A stretch of 64,000 bases of DNA from Octopus bimaculoides (lineage: Eukaryota), in the NCBI RefSeq assembly GCF_001194135.2, contig NC_068983.1, positions 4,982,207 through 5,046,206 on the forward strand, given 5' to 3'. Below are positions 1 through 12,700 of the stretch, in pieces (position 1 is the stretch's first letter; every line of letters starts with the position of its first letter). Position numbers and translations under genes: made by a program. Below the pieces are notes generated by a model. That model made no database searches, had not been told where the DNA came from, and worked only from the letters and a program-made list of their open reading frames with translations.

Positions 1-718
1 CAACTGTGTGAAAAAGTGTCACACCTTAGCAGTAGAGGGAACCTATGAAAGAGGTAGACCCAGGAAGACCTGGGATGAGGTGGTGAAGCACAACCTTTGA
101 ACTTTGGGCCTCATGGAGGCAATGACAAGTGACCGAGACATTTGGAGATATGCTGTGCTTGAGAAGACCTGGCAAGCCAAGTGAGACCGTAACTGTGGCC
201 TATGCCAGTGCAGCATAACCAACCCGTTTAAGAATACCCATCAATACTGGGCAATAAACTGTGCTTGCGAAGACCTGTTGAGGCAGGTGAAGTCATTGTT
301 GTCACCAATGCCAGCCAGGACTGTCTGACTGGCACTCATGCCAGTGGCACATAAAAAGCACCATTTGATCGTGGTCGATGCCAGTGCGACCTGACTGGTC
401 CCATGCTGGTGGAATGTAAAAAGCACCATTTGAGCAAGGTTATTGCCAGTGCTGCCCAACTGGCTCTCACACTGATGGCACGTAAAAAGCACCATTCGAG
501 TGTGATCATTGCCAGTACCGCCTGACTGGTACCTGTGCTGGTGACATGTAAAAATCACCCACTACACTCTCAGAGTGGTTAGCGTTAGGAAGGGCATCCA
601 GCTGTAGAAACCTTGCCAGATCAGATTGGAGCCTGGTACAGCCCTCTGGCTTATCAGTCCTCAGTCAAACCGTCCAACCCATGCCAGCATGAAAAGTGGA
701 CATCAAACGACGATGATT
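1..718 (+). mobile_element. RTE-clade LINE 3' end (ORF2 C-terminus 2-184) followed by a 3' region with 66-bp repeats, a V-domain-like core and a (GAT)n tail
   Basis: Translation ...GTYERGRPRKTWDEVVKHNL*TLGLMEAMTSDRDIWRYAVLEKTWQAK*; then tandem gtggcacNtaaaaagcacc units and gagtggttagcgttaggaagggcatccagctgtagaaac. Confidence 0.75.
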
Positions 719-965
719 CTACCAACTTTGTATTTTTCTATTTTTTGTGGATGAATATATATCATTTGTGTATATTCTACAAACTTTGTCCGCGTGTTTC
801 CATGTATTTATTACGTTTGTGTCTATCCAATGTTTATAGAAATTCTATAAACTTTCCGACTGTATTTCTATCAACCCGTTTTATAAACCAATTTCGTTTC
901 GTTTTTATTACTATTCTACCTTTTATATTGTTTTTCCCTACACTTTTATTATCCAATACAAAATT

Positions 966-1029
966 ATGGCGCTTGTATTGACAGAAGATATTATTCGAAC
1001 CAGAGTTAATTTACTACATAATAACTTGG
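966..1029 (+). CDS. CEP72: CEP72 coding exon 1 (MALVLTEDIIRTRVNLLHNNL-G)
   Basis: ATG at 966, donor G|GTAAGT at 1030, phase 1 matches exon 2. Confidence 0.88.
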
Positions 1030-4000
1030 GTAAGTCTCTGTATTTATATATGAAGATATTAAATATAATAATATTAATGATCACTCGATTTTTATTAATG
1101 AAATAAATTTCCTTTTCAATCAATTTTTGTTTTCATTTTATACATTTTATACATGAAATAATCCAATTCTTCGCTGAATCGTTTTGACAAACTTTGTTTA
1201 CGTCTGCTTCAGTGAAATGTCATTTATTCTTGTCTCGATTGAAACAAAATTGAAACAATCGTCCGTTTATATTGACTGATAATAAAGGAAATACGAAATA
1301 TATATCTTTCCCAATGAATCGATAGTTGTTTGTTAGCCTTGATTTTACTGGAATTTCTACTTCAAGACAAGTCTGGACATGTCTTCTGCCATCAACAGAC
1401 GACTTTCTTGGTCATTTTTCTTACTTAATACTCTCTCCTTTACAGTGTCATATGTCCGGCTTAACTACAGTTTGGTGCTCGCCAAATCTATTTCCTCATA
1501 AATTTCTGAAAAACGCTTTTTTTTAAATAAAAGTTTTCAGATACATATTTTCAAAGGTGGAGATTAAAATGATGATAAAGTTGAAAAGTTTTATTTGAGT
1601 GATTTTTGGATCTTTCTCCTCCTCATAAGTCTATTTAAGATACATATTTTAAATGACATCTTGCAAAAATACTGTTTTATCGAATGGAGATTAAATAATG
1701 CTGATGTTTCAAATGTATAAAACTAATATATATATATATATATATATATATNNNNNNNNNNNNNNNNNNNNNNNNNNNNNNNNNNNNNNNNNNNNNNNNN
1801 NNNNNNNNNNNNNNNNNNNNNNNNNNNNNNNNNNNNNNNNNNNNNNNNNNNNNNNNNNNNNNNNNNNNNNNNNNNNNNNNNNNNNNNNNNNNNNNNNNNN
1901 NNNNNNNNNNNNNNNNNNNNNNNNNNNNNNNNNNNNNNNNNNNNNNNNNNNNNNNNNNNNNNNNNNNNNNNNNNNNNNNNNNNNNNNNNNNNNNNNNNNN
2001 NNNNNNNNNNNNNNNNNNNNNNNNNNNNNNNNNNNNNNNNNNNNNNNNNNNNNNNNNNNNNNNNNNNNNNNNNNNNNNNNNNNNNNNNNNNNNNNNNNNN
2101 NNNNNNNNNNNNNNNNNNNNNNNNNNNNNNNNNNNNNNNNNNNNNNNNNNNNNNNNNNNNNNNNNNNNNNNNNNNNNNNNNNNNNNNNNNNNNNNNNNNN
2201 NNNNNNNNNNNNNNNNNNNNNNNNNNNNNNNNNNNNNNNNNNNNNNNNNNNNNNNNNNNNNNNNNNNNNNNNNNNNNNNNNNNNNNNNNNNNNNNNNNNN
2301 NNNNNNNNNNNNNNNNNNNNNNNNNNNNNNNNNNNNNNNNNNNNNNNNNNNNNNNNNNNNNNNNNNNNNNNNNNNNNNNNNNNNNNNNNNNNNNNNNNNN
2401 NNNNNNNNNNNNNNNNNNNNNNNNNNNNNNNNNNNTGTTTTTTTTTTTTTGCCTTTCTAATCTTTCTGATGTCTAGGGATGGATATTGATGTGTATAAGT
2501 CTGTTTTCTGGAGAACTGAAGCACCAAATTTACATTATCTTGCCTTACTCATTTTGCCCCAGTCACATTTGTCTTTTATATGCTCAAAGAGAATGGCAAT
2601 AATTTCCTGAAGTAGTGATCAGATTATGTTATAACACTTTTAATGCATTTAGGGAATACCGTTTGCTTAACTGATATACATTTATTAAAATTTTAGAAGA
2701 TTATAAAGAAACAAATTTGTGAGGCCCTAAACTGTAGATATGCTACCATATCTTCTTAGAAGTATCATGTCTTGACAAGCTTCTGTACTTGCCATAGGTT
2801 TTTTTTTTTTTTGATTTTACCGATAAATTTTAAATTTATTTTTATTTTCGCAAATGACAAACCATTGCTTTTATTTTGCTGCTTAATTTCATTCTACATT
2901 TTCTGACTGTTTTGTAAATTATGTGCTTTTTCACAGCTAAACAAACCTAATATAAAACTATAGAAATGAGCTGATAAAAATAAACTATTAGCTGGTCTAC
3001 AGTTCCAAGTCAGCCATGATTGAGCAGCTTTAGAAAGACACTCCAACTGTGACCATTCTGTTTTATTGTTAAGGTCTACATTGGACTACACTGTCCAAGT
3101 TGTTCTTCTCTTCTTCTAATTGGTAGAATATTTTTGATGGAGATTTGACTGCTTTTTCCAGCAGGCCTAGAAACCAGGTAAAGCTAATCTTGAACCAGTA
3201 GGGTTTGGAGAATAAGCAATGACCTCCATAACTACTTTATAAAATCATAATCTTCTATGCCCAAAGCATATAATTTAGAGAATTTTTTTGTTGAAAAATG
3301 TCAAAAAATGAAAAATTTATATAGCTGGTTGGAGAAGGGATGTGATTAAAAAATTGAATTTGAGAACTTTTTTTTCCAGAATGATAATCTCCTGTGTATA
3401 AAACATATAACTTAGAGAAAAGTTTTTGAGAAAATTTTTTTTTTTAATGAAGAAACCTGGCATTGACCACAACTGTGGAAATCATTATTATAATTATTCT
3501 TAAGGTTGCAAACTGGCAGAATTGTTAGCATGCTGGATATAATGCTTAGAGACATTTTCTCTGTCTTTACGTTCTGAGTTCTGAGGGAACAAATTGATCC
3601 CATTGAACCCAATGTACAACTGGTACTTACTTTATTTACCTCAAAAGGTAAAATTGACCTGAGTGGAATATGAACTCAGTGTTGGGCCTCACGGAGGCAA
3701 TGACCAAGACCTTTGGCATTATGCCGTGCTTGAGAAGAAGACTCATCAAGCTGAGCAAAATCGCAGTCGTGGCAGATATCGGTATCACGCAAATTGGCAC
3801 CCATGCCGTTAGCATGTAAACGCACCCCAGTGTCACACAAATGGCACCTGTGCCGGTGGCATGTAAAAGCAGCCATTATACTCTCAGAGTGGTTAGTGTT
3901 AAGAGCATCCAGCTGTAGAAACCATACCAAAACAGACTGGAGTCTGATGCAGCCTTCTAGCATGCTAGCCCTGTCAAACCGTCCAACCGATGCCAGCATG

Positions 4001-4598
4001 GGCCACAGATGCTGGATGATGACGGTGATGATGATGATTATAATGAATGTAAAATGTTGGAAGATATGCTACTAAACATCTTGTCTAACATGCCAGCTCA
4101 TCACCGAATGATAATAATAATAATACTAACGATTATAATCATCAAGATAATAAATAAATAAACAATATTACCGAGTGTGGGATATTTCATTTTGAAAGTC
4201 TGCCTGTTTGAACTTTTGTTATCGATGAAATAAGAACAGGGAGCCACCGTGTTGGTGTGTCAGCTGTTGCCATCATTGTTCAAGTGTAGCTGAGCCCTGA
4301 TCCAACACATCTGTGATCAAAGGTGTGTTATTCAGACATTGTGTATCTAGGACTACCTCTTCTTATGTACACTTCCTTTTGTTGTTGCTGTATAGCCCTC
4401 AGTTGGTCCGAACTCATTTACTGGGGGAAATAGTCACAGAGGCGCAGGAGTGGCTGTGTGGTAAGAAGCTTGCTTACCAACCACATGGCTCCAGGTTCTA
4501 TCCCACTGTGTGCACCTTGGGTAAAGGTGTCTTCTACTATAGCCTTGGGCTGACCAAAGCCTCGTGAGTAGATTTGGTAAACGGAAACTGAAAGAAGC

Positions 4599-4630
<32 letters not shown>

Positions 4631-6741
4631 NNNNNNNNNNNNNNNNNNNNNNNNNNNNNNNNNNNNNNNNNNNNNNNNNNNNNNNNNNNNNNNNNNNNNN
4701 NNNNNNNNNNNNNNNNNNNNNNNNNNNNNNNNNNNNNNNNNNNNNNNNNNNNNNNNNNNNNNNNNNNNNNNNNNNNNNNNNNNNNNNNNNNNNNNNNNNN
4801 NNNNNNNNNNNNNNNNNNNNNNNNNNNNNNNNNNNNNNNNNNNNNNNNNNNNNNNNNNNNNNNNNNNNNNNNNNNNNNNNNNNNNNNNNNNNNNNNNNNN
4901 NNNNNNNNNNNNNNNNNNNNNNNNNNNNNNNNNNNNNNNNNNNNNNNNNNNNNNNNNNNNNNNNNNNNNNNNNNNNNNNNCGGGTGACACGTAAAAGCAC
5001 CCACTACACTCTCTGAGTGGTTGGCGTTAGGAAGGGCATCCAGCTGTAGAAACTCTGCCAAATTAGATTGGAGCCTGGTGTTGCCATCCGGTTTCACCAG
5101 TCCTCAGTCAAATCGTCCAACCCATGCTAGCATGGAAAGCGGACGTTAAACGATGATGATGATGATGATGATGATATACATATAAACAATTTTCCTTTAT
5201 CGATTACCTGAATTTTGTGTCTTCTGTCAATGCCTATATTATTCATATGGCTCATATTCTAAGCACTACATGGTTGTTCTGTATGCAAAATTAATTGCTT
5301 CATTCTTTCCTTGTCTCTCTCTCTCTATATATATATATGTGTGTGTCTGTGTTTGTCCCCTCACCATCGCTTGACACCAATGTTGGTGTGTTTACATCTC
5401 CATAACTTAGCGGTTCGGCAAAAGAGAATGATAGGATAAGTATTAGGCTTACAAAGAATAAGTCCTGGGGTCGATTTGTTTGACTAAAGGTGGTGCTCCA
5501 GCATGGCCACAGTCAAATGACTGAAACAAGTGAAAGAGTATAGTAAAGTAACAATGCCACCTTTAATTAAAAATGTGATAAATAATAACTAAAATAATTT
5601 TCAAAATCTCACTCCTGACATATTCTTGCAACCCCCACCAACTACATTCTCCAGTTCCTCTGTCCCGACTCATTTTTTCTCCCCTCGTATGAGTGTCCAT
5701 CCAGACACCTCATCACCATTGTTTCATCTTTTTACTGCTCCACCTGGTCACTCCCACCCTCTTTTTATCAATATGAGTGGGCATTATTTACATTATTTAC
5801 ATTTGACGGATATTTGTCCTCATCTTGTTTGTTGTTAACACAACATTTTGGCTGATATACCCTCCAGCCTTCATCAGGTGTCTGGGGGGGAAATTTCGAA
5901 CCTGGGTTCTCATTCCAAAGGCATTTTTCGATGTTATTATTATTATTATTATTATTATTCAGGTTACTGCTTGGAATTGAACTTGGAATCTTGGGCTTAG
6001 TAGCCCGCACTCTTAGCCACTACGCCATATGCCCATGGGCATAATATAATAATAATAATAATAATAAAAATAATATTAACATCAAAATATACCTTAGGAA
6101 TAAGAACCCAGGTTCGAAATTTCCCCAAGACTGATGAAGGCTGGAGGGTATATCAGCCGAAATGTTGTATTAACAACAAACAAGATGAGGACAAATATCT
6201 CAATCATTGCTGCTGTGAAGCCCAACACTTGAAAGGAACTCAGCCACTTTCCCTCCGTGCGGCCCACGCTCGAAAGGAACTCAGCCACTTTGCCTAACCA
6301 TTTTGTGCTAACAATTCTACCAACTTTAGGCTTTCTCTCGCTAATGATATAATTGCAATAGTTACAATGTTGATTAAATGAGGTATTCTCTAAAAATTGA
6401 CAAACAATTGACAGAAGCAATCTGAATTATTCCTGCACTGAGAATTTCCATGATGAATAAAAGTCCAGGAATGTAAACAGTGAAATAGCAACTGGTGATG
6501 GCAGATGCATTCTTCAATAGGTTTGAATGGTTTTTTAAAAACTTGTTTCAGTCATTTCATTGTGGCCATGCTGGGGCACTGCCCTGTAGAAGTTAAGTTG
6601 AATGAATCAATCCCAGTGTTTATTATTCTTCGTAAAACCTGTTACTTATTCTATCAGTCTCTTTTGTCAAACCATTAAGTTCATAAACACACCAACACTG
6701 GTTGTCAAGTGGTGGTGGATGACACACACACACACACACAA

Positions 6742-6779
<38 letters not shown>

Positions 6780-9700
6780 TGCACACGCACACAGATTACT
6801 TGTCTCTGCCTATTGTTTTTTGTGTTTTTGTTCAATTTTGAACCAAATATGTGTGTGTGTGTGTGTATACATGATAGTCTTCCACACAGATTCTGTCTGC
6901 TAAATATACTTACAAAGTATTGGTCAACCTGGTACCATAGCAGAAGATACTTGCCCAAGGTGCTGTGCGGTGAGACTGAACTTGAAACCATGTGGATGCA
7001 AAATGAGCTTCTTAACCTCATAACCATCAGGAAAACCAATGTTTGAGATTCTACCTACCTACCTCTCTACAACTTGAATTGACAATTGAAATGTTAAAAG
7101 CACCATCCAAACGTGGCCAATGCCAGTACCCCCTGATGGGCTCCTGTGCCGGTGGCATGTAAAAAGCACCCACTACACTCTCAGAGTGGTTGGCATTAGG
7201 AAGGGCATCCAGCTGTAGAAACATTGCCAGATCAGATTGGAGCCTGGTGCAGTCACTGGCTCTCCAGACCTCAGTCAAACCGTTCAACCGATGCTAGCAT
7301 GGAAAATGGATGTTAAACGATGACGATGATGATGATGAAACCAAATTAATTTATACCATAATAGGAGAAAATAGCTGTAAAAATAAAAAATTAAAAAATG
7401 AGAGGGTGGCATCCAAGGTTAAATATCTAAATAACTTTTGATTTTTATCTAACACTGCTTAAATATTTTGTGTTTTTATATTCTAATAAATTTCTTCCAA
7501 ATATTTGGAAATTAATTCATAATTATTCTTTGCAGAAGATGTCAAGTCTCTGTCATTACCTGGTTCCTACCAGGATAAAATTACTTCCGTTGGAAAGTCT
7601 TTGAGGAAATTCAGTCGTCTGAAGGTGCTGGATTTATCTCGAAATTCTCTCACAAGTCTTTCTGTAAGTACTTCATAAAAGCAAAGCTTATTTCCTTTTA
7701 ACAGAAACACCTGATCAATTTATGACTCATCCACAAAGCTAATTAAATCATATATTTTGATTAGATGACTTAATTGGGACAATTAGATTCATAATAAAAG
7801 CTTTTCAAATGTAACTGTTTGGATATTGGTCTGAGATTAAGTGTTGAGAATAAAACGGTTCCTTTTTATCTTTTACTTGTTCCAGTCATTGTACTGTGGC
7901 CATGCTGGGGCACAGCCTTGAAGAATTTTTAGTCAAATGAATGGACCCCAGTAATTATTTTTCTTTAAAGCCTGATACTTATTCTCTTGGTCTCTTTTGC
8001 CAAACCGTTAAGTCAAGCTTTGATGGAGGACAAACACAGACACACAGACATGACAGGCTTTCTTCAGTTCCTGTCTACCAAATCCACTCACAAGGCTTTG
8101 TCAGCCTGAGACTATGGTAGAAAACACTTGCCCAAGGTGCCATGCAGTGGGACTGAACCCCTTCCCTTGATCCCTTAAGCATATGCTTATTTTGCTTAAT
8201 GGTCAGGTGTCATGACCCCTAGGGTTCATAAGCTTAGAGGTCAACAGAGCTTCAACAGGTATATAAGTGACTGAGATTGTAACACACTCATCTGAACGGG
8301 ATGCCAGTCCTTCATAAGGTTAACTTCCCAGCTATTGTTGGAATGCTGCCTAACTGCCTTCCATGCCAAAAAGCACCATTCAAGCATGGTGTCAGTGCCG
8401 TGTAACTGGCCCCCATGCCGGTGGCATGCAAAAAGCGCCATCCAAACGTAGTCGACACCAGTGGCCTCTCACTGGCTCCCATGCCGGTGGCACATAAAAA
8501 GCACCAGTCAAGTGTGGTCATTGCCAGTGCCACCTGACTGGCCCTCGTGCCGGTGTCATGCAAAAAGCATTCACTACACTCTCAGCGTGATTGGCGTTAG
8601 GAAGGGCATCCAGCTGTAGGAACCTTGCCAGAACAGATTGGAGCCTGGTGGAGCCTTCTAGCTTGCTAGTCCCCAATCAAACTGTCCAACCCATGCCAAC
8701 ATGGAAAGCAGATGTTAAATGATGATGATGATGAGGAGGAGGGTGGTGGACTGGAGCAACATGCTCAAGAACACAACGTACCAATCAGTCCAGGAATTGA
8801 AACTATGAGCTTATGATCATGAGTCCAACATCCTAACCATTGTACCTTCGCTCTACCAGGCTCTCCCAGATCTAAAAAATACCCCAACACCTGCCATATA
8901 TCCTGGCAGCACCCCTATGGTTCCATAAAGAGTTGAAGGCCCAAAGCAAAGACAAAATTCCTTTTAGTTTAAACATTTAAAATCTTCCTCTTGTTCTGTG
9001 ACTCTCACTGAATTCCTTTTGTTGCAGGGTCTTGAACATTTAAAGCTGTTGGAAAAACTCAATCTGTATCCTTTATGAATAGAAAATAATCTGTTTGCAT
9101 TGAAATTAATTTGTTATTTTTTAGAAAAAGTCATATTCAACCATTTACTGATCCAAAATCATTATAATTCAAATGGTAATCTTGATCTCCAACTTTACAT
9201 GGAGGTTGTATTAGAATACACAGAATATAGCATTATTTAGCTTGAGATGATCTCTTGTAAGGACTCATGTTGCATAAAAACCCTTGTATTTATATTGTTG
9301 ACTGATGAGAATCATCTGCTACAGTCCTTTGGAACTGCCAGATCCCCTGATTTCATCCTGCTATGGGTTCCTCAGTCACAGATGTCCAGCAGCATGATAA
9401 TAGCTAACTCTTCCGTCAACAATATATATAAAATCTCAGCACTGCTATTAATTACTTTTTAATGAACCCACTGATTATTTGTGACACTGATTATGTGTGA
9501 CACCAGTGCTTGAATAGATACTAAGATATACATCACCAGTTGAATTTGTAAACCCATGGTTGCTTTACTGAATTGATATGGTATATTTTAGAGAGTGGTA
9601 TATAAAACAGGCAGTGCTCAGCTGGAGTTTAATAGGTACAGGGTTTAATTCTCTGTAACACCTTGCTGGTCATTTTTTATAGGTTCAGGTGTGGCTGTGT

Positions 9701-12700
9701 GGTAACAAGCTTGCTTCCCAACCACTTGATTCTGGATTCAGTCTCACTGTATGGTACCTTGGACAGGTGTCTTGTACTATAGCCTTAGGCCAACCAAAGC
9801 CTTGTGAGTGGATCTGATAGATGGAAACTGAAAGAATTCTGTTGTTTTGGCCAATGACAGTATCGCCTGATTGGCACCTATGCCAGTGGAACATTAAAAG
9901 CACCATTTGAGCGTGATCATTGCTAGGGCCGCTGACTGGCTCCTCTGCAGGTGGCACATAAAAAGCACCATTCGAGTGTGGCCAATGCCAGTACCACCTG
10001 ACTGGCCCTTGTGTCGGTGGCATGTAAAACCACCCACTACACTCTCCAACTGGTTGGCATTAGGAAGGGCATCCAGCTGTAGAAACTTTGCCAGATCAGA
10101 TTGGAGACTGGTGCAGCCTTCTGGCTCGCCAGCCTTCAGTCAAACCGTCCAACCCATACCATCATGGAAAGCAGACGTTAAATGATGATGATGATGATAT
10201 ATCTATATATATTTATATATGTACAGGGTGGCCCAAAAGTAGGTTTACAGATATCATGTAGGCACTTTAAATTTCTTTTAAAACATTTTATTACATTTAA
10301 ATTTCTATCTTACAAACCGAAATGGAGCTTGACATAATTAACTAAATTAGCATAGAATAATGGTTTCATATTTTTCTATAATTAAGATCTAAATTGTTAA
10401 TATATGAATGCAAAGGAGATAGTTGAATAACTGTAAACCTACTTTTAGGAGCCACCCTGTTTGTATTTGTCCTCCACCACTGCTTGACAACTGGTGTTGG
10501 TATATTTACATCCCAGTAACTTAGCAGTTTGGCAAAAGAGTCTGATAGAATAAATACCAAGTTTTTTAAAAAATAAGTGCTGGGGTTAATTCATTTGACT
10601 AAAAATTCTTCAAGGTGGTGCCCCAGCATGACCGCAGTCTAAAGACAAACCAGTAAAGGACAAACAACACACACACACACACACACATACTTCTGTATAT
10701 ACATGTGTTTGTGAGAAGAGAGACAAACAGATCAGCTGATGTAGAACTTCAATTTGATCCTTAAAAGTCTGATGGCAGATATTACAATAATATAGCTTCT
10801 TTGGAAGAGCTGAAGGTGTTGCAGAAGAACCAGAACTTGCTGGAATTAGATTTACGCCTGAATCCAGTGACACGTAATGATCCAGACTATCGACTTTATC
10901 TCATTCAGCTGCTGCCTAACTTACAGAAACTAGGTACGGTTCCTTGAATCACCTGACTTTATCCTTTGTTTCATGGTCACAGGTGTATACCTATGTGTGT
11001 TGATATGAACTGATAACTAAATGTTTAGATATGTGTGTATTTTTGTGTGTGTGTGTGTGTGTGGCTAGGTATGTGTATATACATACGAGGGAGTGCTGAA
11101 AAGTTCCTAGCTTTAGGTAAAAGAAAATACAGGAGGATCAGTCAATTATGATTTCATTCAATATATTCCCCTTCTCAGATTCACACGCTTATTGCAGCAG
11201 CCCTTCAGTTTTTCAAAGCCCTGTAAAAGAACTCAGAAGGTTGGGCCTTCAACAGGGCCTTTCACAATACCCTTACAGTCAGGAACTTTTCAACAGCCCT
11301 TCACACGAGAAATATCAAGCACCATCCGAGCATTATTCTAAAGATGTAATAACGTATATAGAGAACAAATGTATTGCTACAATTATCTACCACCCTACCC
11401 ACTTATCCATTTACCTGCATACCTACCCACCCACCTACCCCTACTTTCTTACCTACCTACCTACCATTTTGGATGGTTTGACAAGATCTGGTGAGCTAAA
11501 AGACTGCATTGAACTCTCCTGTATGTTTTGGCTTGGTTTCTATAGCTAGATGCCCTTCTTAATGCCAACCACTTTACAGAGTGTCATGAGTGCTTTTATC
11601 ATGACCGTGCCGGTGGCACCATTCAAGTGTGGTTGTTGCCAGTGCTGCCAGACTGGCCCCCGTGCAGGTAGCACGTGAAAAGCACCTTCTGAGTGTGGTC
11701 ATTGCCAGAACTGCCTGACTGGCCCTCGTGCCGGTGGCACGTAAAAGCATCCACTACATTATATATATATACAGCAGAATATTTGCTGTAGGCCATCTTT
11801 TATACCAAGACAAAACAATGTTATTATTATTATTATTATTTATTAAAAAAAAAATTTTTTTAATATTTGCAGATGATCGCTGCATTCGTGATCGAGAACG
11901 ACAATCAGCACAGCTTCATTTCAGTGAATCTGAAGACTTTGGGCAGAAACCAGAACCAGAGTGTGACATTAGTAACTCCCGTGCCCAGTTTGTAAAATCA
12001 CTTGTTTGTGGTAAAGGTAGAACACCTTATCTCTTTCACTCACTTTTCTTCGAATTACACCTCATGGTTCTGAATACTTATTCATGCTCTTATTTAATTC
12101 ATGTCAGACGCCTTCCTGCAGAGATATTAGGTGCACGTGATTACCATTTAATTATTTCTCTCCATTATACATAACTAGCAATTGACAATTAATTAAATAT
12201 TCATTTTCAAATTTTGGCACAAGGCCAGCAAGTTTGGGGGAGGGGGCTTAGTCAATTACATCAACCCCACTATTCAACTCGTTCTTATTTTATCAACCCT
12301 GAAAGGACAAAACGCAAAGTTGACCTCTGTGGAATTTGAACTCAGAACGTAAAGACAGACAAAATACAGCTAAGTATTTTGTCAGACGTGCTAATAATTC
12401 TGCCGGCTCACTGCCCATAGTTAATTAAGTTTTGGCACAGGGCCAGTAATTTTGGGGAAGGGGGCTAGTTGACCTCTGTATTCAACCAGTACTTATTTTA
12501 TTGACCCTTGACCCTTTTAAGGGTCTCTGAGATAGATGGGAGGAAGGGAGGCATTTATTCTCAGACTAAGTTTAAGTTCTTGCAACTGAGTGGACCCCAT
12601 TAATGACACCCAAAGGCCAAGTGACACATTATATATGCCATCTAAGAACAGAAATGGTGCTGCTGATGGACTTCCATACAATTTCTCTCTATTAAATTTC

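Noticed and set aside
241-560. Regularly spaced 66-bp repeats as a CRISPR-like array
   Set aside because: Eukaryotic context; inter-motif sequences are homologous to each other rather than unique spacers; no cas genes
1698-5016. Long ORFs spanning N-runs (also 35253-35954, 52402-53037, 62739-63352)
   Set aside because: Artefacts of translating gaps and (TA)n tracts
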